Shown: one piece after another, positions 9,401 through 15,206 of the stretch
Numbering within the stretch: the first letter of the stretch is position 1
Layout of the letters: each line of letters begins with the position of its first letter
Assembly (NCBI GenBank): GCA_048621635.1
Contig: JBMCWH010000002.1
Span: 2,227-66,226 of the forward strand
From: Patescibacteria group bacterium
GTDB taxonomy: Bacteria; Patescibacteriota; WWE3; JAUXAW01; JAYEID01
Direction of reading: 5' to 3'
Length of the DNA stretch: 64,000 nucleotides
Notes under the pieces: model-generated
The model's database searches: none
What the model was told of the DNA's origin: nothing
Seen by the model: the letters and a program-made list of their open reading frames with translations, nothing else
Translations under genes and position numbers: made by a program

Positions 9401-10428
9401 CGCGCTCTGCTATTCTTGTGAATGGCACTGCTACCTTTAAAGGGACGTGGGAGTTACTTGTGCAGCGCCCCAAGCCGGATGTAATGTTGGTAATGGATCG
9501 AAGTGGGAGTATGATGGGAGAAGGTAAAATTTCTGATGCTAAAAAGGCATTAAAAGCTTATGTTGATGCTTCTGATTCTGATCACGATCTTATTGGCTTG
9601 GCTACTTATTCAGCTTCGGCAAGTTTGGATTCGGAACTTACGGATGATTTTTTGGAGTTGAAGAATAAGATTGACAGCTTTGAAGCACAAGGTAGTACAT
9701 CTATTGGTGCTGGTTTACAAGTTGCCATTGATGAATTGCTTAGTGATCGGGCGAGGGAGCCGGAGAAAGACCACCCTAAGTTTATTATCTTGGCTACAGA
9801 CGGACAGCATAATACTGATCCTCCAGTTGAGCCGGAAGTAGACAGAGCAGTGGACAATAATATCTGGGTGATAACTGTGGGAATTGGTTCTAGTGCGGAC
9901 GAAAGTTTGCTGGAGGACATTGCACGAGAAACTACGGGAAGTGCAGAGAATTATTATTATGCTCCTTCCTCAGATGATTTGGAGAATCTTTACGAGGAAA
10001 TAGCAGGGACTATTACTAATGTTGAGGCATCTGGCGGCTTCCAACCGACCGGCGGATCGTTTGCCTTTATTGCAAACAAGGATATTGAAATTAGCGCAGG
10101 TGTGCGTGATGTACGCGCGATTCTTCTGGCTGACGGAACAGTGTATGATTATGATGTTGGGGAAAATTCTAAAGATGATTGGGAAAACCAAGATAACGGT
10201 TTGTGGATTCAAGGTAACACTATTGGATTGGGTTACTCTACTGGTGGCGGGAGTTTAACTGCGCGCTCTTTTGATTTGAGACGGACGAGACTTGGGCCTG
10301 ATTTATATACGGAAACCACTGATGACGATGGGGAAGCGGCGGGGTATTTTTCTTTTGATCCCCAACTCCTGTTTCAATTAACACCAATTTTGGGGAAGAG
10401 TAGATACACGTGGCATGAGACCAAGTAA
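6442..10428 (+). CDS. Large secreted/membrane-anchored surface protein with SdrD-B/Cna-B-like repeat and C-terminal von Willebrand factor A domain
   Basis: N-terminal signal peptide. Internal hydrophobic segment at nt 7600-7677 followed by EKRKK. Second signal-like segment from Met431 (nt 7732). GYVWEDANSDGVKDSGED motif. vWA MIDAS VMLVMDRSGSM (DRSGS at 9496-9510) and ILATDG. Confidence 0.8.
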   Translation: MKIKNVIKIQLIGIFSLLLFFFSRSGHVFAYNSPRMYLTDLNIERTDYQVGDKIRGEFKTWNTESYGLVGVNCLASVAIPSENTAPLQLDLKKVATLDFAEESKRTHQFSYTLPEALPTGTFTFKVFLELDNGIPLGWDTENIEVQGGGPFIFLADTAVLKDSESYPPGVGVKYPSNQYPIFKFTAKNQSAEELTVYPKITVHKRTQAGEIFRTLKRPSRTFKGKESKAIEIDGPLLDLPGTYIAKVALYTQEDVSVSNPVIFRWSVKGVSSTILNVTPPEENYDQNEQPEIRVDYAGPADGSDQGEATLRIELYDAKGVAGEKVTTVDLGPEGGSVTLSPQLGRACKDCQVRTEISKAGTSLDSKDVRNLGELLDEDEASRKGGRLLLQVGICVVLLLLVLAALIFVFISSEKRKKIIHRVTRLFSSKAMLFLLAFGFLFSFPKNCFAAGSITWNKPLQDSVYLPGDDIEFQGIVYIDYCVDKLFNWTVEYSIVDDKDDSTKEVFLGRTVVDDSFYDGSHHYEIKVFDSEGTVLKEQETTKHPSQWPGAPGADSATYPTFDPDNNPVFFEFPSGFNQEYVWAKVHMEGEGYSGEVEATAYERLRIPQQSLTGYVWEDANSDGVKDSGEDISGEASVWLDDVTRQELDPEGFSVNVSPGNYRVYIEPEGCFCLTYWNRSSPPSDSGAVFSYQEDLAGVWYADVGEIQEDESKHAYLGIKKAGFALDPVSEDLTVGTTGSTSATFLIEHNGCWENNEEIDLSLKDVPAVSGISASLSHNSLVPTDTGVNFRLDVETDNAPEGTYNFQIRAEDGCGNTESANISLKVEVPLMDAWFQSEAGDIYARKGISNIIPSVDEALPFRNESRFVDLASQYNYLSMSNTSPGVILSGNSMDLGTSGEISEQSWQAEDYLIGFYDPTPVERYTYDYNFFDANLIADCVLTGDAEMGGSEQEGEILTADGSCTPANNQVIKVNGDLDILGGEGFQNARSAILVNGTATFKGTWELLVQRPKPDVMLVMDRSGSMMGEGKISDAKKALKAYVDASDSDHDLIGLATYSASASLDSELTDDFLELKNKIDSFEAQGSTSIGAGLQVAIDELLSDRAREPEKDHPKFIILATDGQHNTDPPVEPEVDRAVDNNIWVITVGIGSSADESLLEDIARETTGSAENYYYAPSSDDLENLYEEIAGTITNVEASGGFQPTGGSFAFIANKDIEISAGVRDVRAILLADGTVYDYDVGENSKDDWENQDNGLWIQGNTIGLGYSTGGGSLTARSFDLRRTRLGPDLYTETTDDDGEAAGYFSFDPQLLFQLTPILGKSRYTWHETK

Positions 10429-10446
10429 AATTCTTCTCGACAAATG

Positions 10447-10476
10447 TTGACACCAAGTTGTTAATTAATATATACT
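10447..10476 (+). promoter_or_regulatory. Sigma70-like promoter candidate (TTGACA-18 nt-TATACT)
   Basis: -35 TTGACA at 10447-10452 and -10 TATACT at 10471-10476, upstream of the mini-ORF and the gene at 10602. Confidence 0.4.
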
Positions 10477-10519
10477 GTATGTCAGTATTATAAGATATTT
10501 TCTGAGAGGAGGGAGGGGT

Positions 10520-10558
10520 ATGGGCACCTTAAAATTACCAGGCTTGGCTGTTCTTTAG
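10520..10558 (+). CDS. Candidate 12-aa leader mini-ORF (MGTLKLPGLAVL)
   Basis: The ATG is preceded by a very strong purine tract GGAGGGAGGGG (10508-10518). No homology argument is possible. Confidence 0.25.
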   Translation: MGTLKLPGLAVL

Positions 10559-10601
10559 TTGGCGTTCAGCTAAGTTAATTAGACCATTTTGAAGGAGAGT
10601 T

Positions 10602-11213
10602 ATGAAGTGGTTTACTGCACAGGTTGCCCCGGAGAAGTCTTTTGAGCTAGTAACCGAATATGGTGATGGGGTGTGTTCCAGTTGTTGGCGTTTGGATGAC
10701 GATAGGTTGCTGCCCGTTTCTCCGGGAGGTGAGGAGATAGTTTTGAACACTGATGGTAATCGTTATGCGATTGTCCAAAGTGAAAATCTGTTCCACTATT
10801 TTGTTTTGGGGAACAAGTTGTGTACCATTCGTGTTCCTGGTGGGTTGAGTGTAGAACCCCAGTTCTGCTTTTCTCGGGATAGACAGTTGGGTACTCCTGT
10901 GCTCGTTGTTTTCGGGGTTCCTCCAATGCTTGATCTTAGGCTTGCCGGTGAACAGCTTGGTTTTAAGTTCTCAAAATCTGGCTGGATTCCCGTGTCACTT
11001 CCTGCTAGCCAGATGAAAGTTATGGTGAAGACAGATTATTTTGGGTTAAGGGTTGTAGTCTCCCCCAAGAAGAAAATTGTAACTTCTTTTTGGAAGGAAG
11101 AAGGTGTTCGGGTCACCAACACCCCAATTGTGAAGGGCAAGGTGGTTCCCGACCATTGTCGGTGTGACTATTACTCTCCACAGATACTTAATGAAGTCTT
11201 TAGTGGGGACTAG
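10602..11213 (+). CDS. Hypothetical protein, 203 aa, no recognisable family
   Basis: ATG preceded by GAAGGAG (10591-10597), followed by a hairpin terminator. GC-richer than the flanks by eye. Confidence 0.6.
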   Translation: MKWFTAQVAPEKSFELVTEYGDGVCSSCWRLDDDRLLPVSPGGEEIVLNTDGNRYAIVQSENLFHYFVLGNKLCTIRVPGGLSVEPQFCFSRDRQLGTPVLVVFGVPPMLDLRLAGEQLGFKFSKSGWIPVSLPASQMKVMVKTDYFGLRVVVSPKKKIVTSFWKEEGVRVTNTPIVKGKVVPDHCRCDYYSPQILNEVFSGD

Positions 11214-11224
11214 GACTCAAGAAT

Positions 11225-11263
11225 GCGAAGGGGTTTTTCCGGCCCCCTTCGCATCTTCTTTTC
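11225..11263 (+). terminator. Rho-independent terminator
   Basis: GCGAAGGGG (11225-11233) pairs with CCCCTTCGC (11244-11252), followed by ATCTTCTTTTCC. Confidence 0.6.
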
Positions 11264-11284
11264 CTTGTTTTTACTTGAAAGGAT

Positions 11285-11533
11285 GTGTATATGGGAAAGT
11301 CCTGCGATTTGTCTACTTGTTATGCTTACAATGTTGTAGCACCTTTTGCACGGGAAAGGGTTTGTGAGGAGTGTCCTTTGGCTACTGAATGTCAGCGACG
11401 GGGATTTCTTCCTTCGTCGTCGGAACTGACTTCTGAGCAAAAGATCCGAACAAACCACAATACCCGGTTTGTGCGTCTATTTGGTGCTGAAGAAATTCAT
11501 ATCACGATTCCCTCAGATATTCCGATCCGTTAA
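11285..11533 (+). CDS. Small Cys-rich hypothetical protein (82 aa; start may be ATG 11291)
   Basis: Open frame containing CDLSTC...CEECPLATEC, followed by a strong terminator. No family recognised. Confidence 0.45.
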   Translation: MYMGKSCDLSTCYAYNVVAPFARERVCEECPLATECQRRGFLPSSSELTSEQKIRTNHNTRFVRLFGAEEIHITIPSDIPIR

Positions 11534-11541
11534 CCGTCTAT

Positions 11542-11577
11542 AGGACGAAGTCTATTCGGGCTTCGTCCTCTTTTTTA
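11542..11577 (+). terminator. Rho-independent terminator
   Basis: AGGACGAAG (11542-11550) pairs with CTTCGTCCT (11561-11569), followed by CTTTTTT. Confidence 0.7.
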
Positions 11578-11588
11578 TGCAAAAAAAG

Positions 11589-11638
11589 GGACGGGTTTTT
11601 CTTCGAAACAAAATGTTTCGAAAAAAGAAAACCCGTCC
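11589..11638 (-). terminator. Long hairpin terminator for the minus-strand amidase gene
   Basis: GGACGGGTTTTTCTTCGAAAC...GTTTCGAAAAAAGAAAACCCGTCC forms a long stem. On the minus strand it is followed by CTTTTTTTGC. Confidence 0.65.
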
Positions 11639-11642
11639 GTAT

Positions 11643-12971
11643 TTACTGTAACTGTTGAATTTGGAGAACAAACGGTATGTACCCGTAAAATTCTATTTTG
11701 CACGTTCCTACGGTGCTTAGGTACATCACCTGTTCGCTTTCGGTTAATCTCCCTACAATGTACGGTGAGCGCGCAAAGTTTTCAGCGCTGGGTAAATTTA
11801 GTTTTTGTAGCGTTTTTTTAAGTGTATTGCTGGGTGGATTGTATTTACCGTACACTTTCCCGTTATATCCATAAACAGCGTTGATCACTTCTGAATCTAA
11901 CGGGTCTAGTTCGAATACTAGCCGCTGACCGCTTCCTTCCTCAGCCTTTTTCTGTAAAGCTTTTGCTGCCATTGAAGCCTGTGTTGTAAACTCCTTCTTT
12001 GTTAACTGCTCCCCTGTGTAGGGAAAGAGATTTACATTGTTGTTTTTCGCCATTACTGTGATGTCATGAAGTTGGAAAACCCCCTCACCGTTTCTAGGGT
12101 TTTTCAAAGAAAAATGAGTTGCTGTTTCTACGTAATGGAGAAAGGCTAAGCTGTAAGGAGGAATATCTTCCTCCTTACAGACTTCTACTATGGTTGGCCA
12201 AGCCCAATTTAGACGTGAAATCAGATCTTCTGAGAGGTAGGGATCAGAGTAACTAGAAGGTGTGATGAATTTACCTTTCTGTTGCTTGCTCGTATTATTA
12301 GCGGTTTTTGCAGGGTATTTGACATGTATAAGGGTGTAGGGTTTTCTGTAGTGGTAATCCTTTCCCCAGCAGCGTCCGCTGTGTCCAGCTACCTTTCCGT
12401 TTCCGATATATATTACAACATGTTGGAGATTTTCGTAAAAAATAATATCTCCGGGTACAAGCTCTTCGATGCTGTCGACCACTGTCCCGTGCTCTGGCAC
12501 AAGCCAATTGTACAACCTCGGAACGCTGATAAAGACTTCTTCATTTCCTTGCCATGCTCTTCCTGCTCCGAGATTATTGTAACCTCCAGAAGCAAGGCAA
12601 TGGGAAACAAAGTGGGCACAGTCTCCTCCGTATTTGTTGTAACTATATCCGCAATGGCAGACGGTGTTCCAGTATTTTTTTGCATAGGCTAGTGCTTTTC
12701 TTCTGTTTTCGTCTAGATTAGCAAAGCTCGAAGTCTCTTGGCTGGACACTCCATTGGCATCGACTGAAGTTATTAGTTTTGCGCTAAGCAACTGTTCTAC
12801 ATTCCCTAAAGAAACCTGGGGTGAGGTTTTGGCATTTGAACTAGTGGATAAGTGACCATTAACTGTTTCAGAGATATTTTGAGTTCTCTGGCTACCTACT
12901 ACTGAGATAGTGACAGATACAATAGCTGAAACAATGATTATGAAGGCTGGGGAGGAAGTTATTTTATTCAT
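11643..12971 (-). CDS. Membrane-anchored putative cell-wall amidase (Amidase_6-like Cys/His domain) with unknown C-terminal domain
   Basis: N-terminal TM segment and the GGDCAHFVSHCLASGG...GDIIFY...HVVIYIGNGKVAGHS motif set. ATG 12971 is preceded by GGAGG and overlaps the upstream stop (ATGAATAA). The track start is 13001. Confidence 0.6.
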   Translation of the reverse strand: MNKITSSPAFIIIVSAIVSVTISVVGSQRTQNISETVNGHLSTSSNAKTSPQVSLGNVEQLLSAKLITSVDANGVSSQETSSFANLDENRRKALAYAKKYWNTVCHCGYSYNKYGGDCAHFVSHCLASGGYNNLGAGRAWQGNEEVFISVPRLYNWLVPEHGTVVDSIEELVPGDIIFYENLQHVVIYIGNGKVAGHSGRCWGKDYHYRKPYTLIHVKYPAKTANNTSKQQKGKFITPSSYSDPYLSEDLISRLNWAWPTIVEVCKEEDIPPYSLAFLHYVETATHFSLKNPRNGEGVFQLHDITVMAKNNNVNLFPYTGEQLTKKEFTTQASMAAKALQKKAEEGSGQRLVFELDPLDSEVINAVYGYNGKVYGKYNPPSNTLKKTLQKLNLPSAENFARSPYIVGRLTESEQVMYLSTVGTCKIEFYGYIPFVLQIQQLQ

Positions 12972-13524
12972 CTTTTCCTCCACCTTCTTTTCTATAATCA
13001 TATTCTGGGTTCTGTTCCAGTGTTTTGGCCAAAGTTATCGACCAGCCATCCCACTGGTTTTTGTCAAGTGCTTTTTCGACAGATTCTGCCCACTCTTTGG
13101 CTTCTGAGCAAGTTTGTGGAACCTTCAATTGGCCAGAGAAATCGTCCGGATGCGTGCCTCTGGGAATTTGGGAGACTGCAGCCCAGAAACAGCCTTCCCG
13201 TTCCGCCTTTGGGTTGTTTGTAAAACAGTAATCCTCACCTGTTACGGTGTGTACTATTTGTTCCCAAGCAAGGTACCAGGATTCTCCTGCGTCTACTTTG
13301 ACAGTGTAGTATTCATCGCCTTTACCAAGAATTCCCTCATCGAGAAGCTTTTGAACCTCTTTTTCAGAGATCTTGTTAGCATTGTCCTTTTCAAGTGTGC
13401 TTGATTCGGCTTTAGTAGTTTCTAATTCATGGGGTTCACCTTCGCTGTTTTTACTACAGCCGCAAAAACTTGCACAAAGGGCAATCACCACCAGCAACAC
13501 AATTATTCCTTTTCCAAGCCTCAT
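12964..13524 (-). CDS. Lipoprotein, unknown function
   Basis: Signal peptide with a lipobox-like ALCASFCGC. AGAAAGGA lies upstream of the ATG. Confidence 0.6.
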   Translation of the reverse strand: MRLGKGIIVLLVVIALCASFCGCSKNSEGEPHELETTKAESSTLEKDNANKISEKEVQKLLDEGILGKGDEYYTVKVDAGESWYLAWEQIVHTVTGEDYCFTNNPKAEREGCFWAAVSQIPRGTHPDDFSGQLKVPQTCSEAKEWAESVEKALDKNQWDGWSITLAKTLEQNPEYDYRKEGGGKDE

Positions 13525-13567
13525 TGTCTCGATCCTTTCTACTATCTAGTGAGTTTTTAATGTGCAA

Positions 13568-13597
13568 GAAAAAAATAAATCTGCCAGAAGGCAGATT
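13568..13597 (-). terminator. Hairpin plus T-run inside the 5' leader of the lipoprotein operon (attenuator-like)
   Basis: AATCTGCC-AGAA-GGCAGATT (13578-13597). On the minus strand it is followed by TATTTTTTTC. It lies between the predicted promoter and the RBS. Confidence 0.45.
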
Positions 13598-13624
13598 AGA
13601 ATAAATTAAATATTATCCACTAGG

Positions 13625-13653
13625 ATTATAACATAAGGGAACACTGCTGTCTA
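13625..13653 (-). promoter_or_regulatory. Sigma70-like promoter (TAGACA-17 nt-TATAAT) on minus strand
   Basis: -35 at 13653..13648 and -10 at 13630..13625, with TGt immediately upstream of the -10. Confidence 0.5.
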
Positions 13654-13711
13654 TTTATTTTGTATCCTTATGTTCTAGGTTATGGGGCTATCAGGCTGTT
13701 CATTTTTCGGT

Positions 13712-13749
13712 AAAAAGAAGTCCGAACTTCTGTATAGAAGTTCGGACTT
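13712..13749 (-). terminator. Rho-independent terminator for gene 13762-14349
   Basis: 14-bp perfect stem AAGTCCGAACTTCT-GTAT-AGAAGTTCGGACTT (13718-13749). A T-run follows on the minus strand. Confidence 0.75.
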
Positions 13750-13761
13750 GTGTTTCTAATG

Positions 13762-14349
13762 TCATGCTGCAACAGCTTTTTTTTGGTCATTTTCCATTAA
13801 TTCAAGAGTTATCCTTACGGATATTGTGAGGAAACTTAAGAAAAAGGCGAAAAAGATGACTAAAAGATCTTCTGAGAAAGTGATAACTGCTGTGTCCACT
13901 GCAGTAGCTAGTAATCGTGCTTGTAAGCTTAATGATGGATTCGATTCCATCCAGCTACCTACTAAATTGGTTCCAATATCGTACCCAACCATAGTTAAGT
14001 TAAGTATGCGTAAAGCTTTAAACTTAAGTACATTCGTAAAGGGGAGTATTTCTTGTGGTGCTCTCTTCTTGACAAGAGAAAGCATCTCCCGATTCACGAA
14101 CCACAGCTGAAGTTCGCTTACTGTGGACAAAAGGCTTAGTGTCCATGCTACGACTGAAGACACGCCGATTGCAATCAGCGGGTTGACACTTAGGATTAGA
14201 TCCCGCCAAAAGCTTTCGGCTAAGTAGTAACAGACGAACGCGGTGATGACCGTCAAGAACCACAAAGTTATAATGCTTATGGTATCTAAGATTTTTTGGG
14301 CTAACGCTTGGCCTGAAACTCTGTTTCTTTCTCTTTCTGCAGTTGCCAT
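13762..14349 (-). CDS. Hypothetical integral membrane protein (about 4 TM segments)
   Basis: Hydrophobic segments. GGAAGGGAG lies upstream of the ATG and a strong terminator lies downstream. Confidence 0.55.
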   Translation of the reverse strand: MATAERERNRVSGQALAQKILDTISIITLWFLTVITAFVCYYLAESFWRDLILSVNPLIAIGVSSVVAWTLSLLSTVSELQLWFVNREMLSLVKKRAPQEILPFTNVLKFKALRILNLTMVGYDIGTNLVGSWMESNPSLSLQARLLATAVDTAVITFSEDLLVIFFAFFLSFLTISVRITLELMENDQKKAVAA

Positions 14350-14573
14350 TTTCTGCTCCCTTCCTAATTAATTTTAAATGTACAAGTTCACTTGTATATA
14401 ATATATGCTATAAGACTTAATTTGTCAACTCTAGTTGCTGGCAAAGAAAGTTAGTTCAATTGTATTGATCATTAATAAACTTTGCTTAAGTGTGTGTCTT
14501 TCGTAAAATCTAAAGCTGTGGTAAAATTATCTCCGTAGAGGTATAGGACATATATAGGAAAAATTGAGAATGC

Positions 14574-14625
14574 GGGTCCGTAGCTCAGCTAGGCAGAGCA
14601 TCCTGACAAGTAGGGAGTGTCCTGA
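14574..14625 (+). pseudogene. tRNA 5' fragment (acceptor 5' strand, D-arm, defective anticodon arm, variable loop; no T-arm or 3' acceptor strand)
   Basis: GGGTCCGTAGCTCAGCTAGGCAGAGCA...GTGTCCTG parallels tRNA-Lys at 14903. The similarity ends inside the T-stem and no CGGACCC 3' strand exists downstream. Confidence 0.6.
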
Positions 14626-14634
14626 TCTCTAATC

Positions 14635-14855
14635 ATGTTTTTCGTTTACATAATAAGAAGCAAGCATGATCGGTCCTTATATGTTGTGGGGATGTTAGGG
14701 AGAGAATTGAACGACATAATCGCGGTGCTAGCAGGTATACTAAATCCAAGCGGCCTTGGAAATTAGAACATACCGAAGAATACAAAACTAAGAAGGAGGC
14801 ATTGAAACGAGAGAAATATTTGAAGGGTTTGAAAAGTAGAGATTGGAGTATTTAA
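14635..14855 (+). pseudogene. Small GIY-YIG nuclease-family gene (YhbQ/UPF0213-like) with a 1-nt frameshift
   Basis: Frame A gives MFFVYIIRSKHDRSLYVVG. The -1 frame gives DVRERIERHNRGASRYTKSKRPWKLEHTEEYKTKKEALKREKYLKGLK. The switch is at the G-run 14688-14691. Confidence 0.65.
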
Positions 14856-14902
14856 TAGAGAACGGAAAATTGCCCTGGGAGTAATGTTCGAGAAAAAGTG
14901 TT

Positions 14903-14980
14903 GGGCCCGTAGCTCAGCTTGGCTAGAGCACTGGCCTTTTAAGCCAGGTGTCCTGGGTTCAAATCCCAGCGGGCTCACCA
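14903..14980 (+). tRNA. tRNA-Lys (anticodon UUU), CCA encoded
   Basis: Manual cloverleaf: GGGCCCG/CGGGCTC acceptor, anticodon loop CTTTTAA, T-arm CTGGG-TTCAAAT-CCCAG. Confidence 0.9.
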
Positions 14981-15012
14981 CTTTTTCTCGAAATTTCTAT
15001 ACTTCTATACGG

Positions 15013-15090
15013 GGCCCCATCGTCTAGCCCGGTCTAGGACGCCAGGTTTTCATCCTGGTAACACCGGTTCAAATCCGGTTGGGGTCACCA
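15013..15090 (+). tRNA. tRNA-Glu (anticodon UUC), CCA encoded
   Basis: GGCCCCA/TGGGGTC acceptor, D-arm GTCTAGCCCGGTCTAGGAC, anticodon loop TTTTCAT, T-arm ACCGG-TTCAAAT-CCGGT. Confidence 0.9.
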
Positions 15091-15206
15091 TACTTTTATC
15101 AACCATTTTACCTCCACCTCTGTGTTTTTGTGTTATAATTACCGTGGTTAGGCGGTTCTTTAATTTTCCATGATGGTAGTTCTTAGGAAATAAGGGAGGT
15201 GGATGG

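Noticed and set aside
11164-11458. ORFs 11164-11367 (+) and 11210-11458 (-) across the terminator after gene 10602-11213.
   Set aside because: They overlap a terminator hairpin and the better-supported 82-aa ORF, and they have no RBS.
14763-14981. 72-aa minus-strand ORF starting inside tRNA-Lys. The similar ORF 19438-19623 runs through tRNA-Ala.
   Set aside because: The ORF 14763-14981 starts within the antisense of tRNA-Lys and runs antisense through the GIY-YIG relic. The ORF 19438-19623 reads through tRNA-Ala in the sense direction. Both overlap tRNA genes and neither has independent support.
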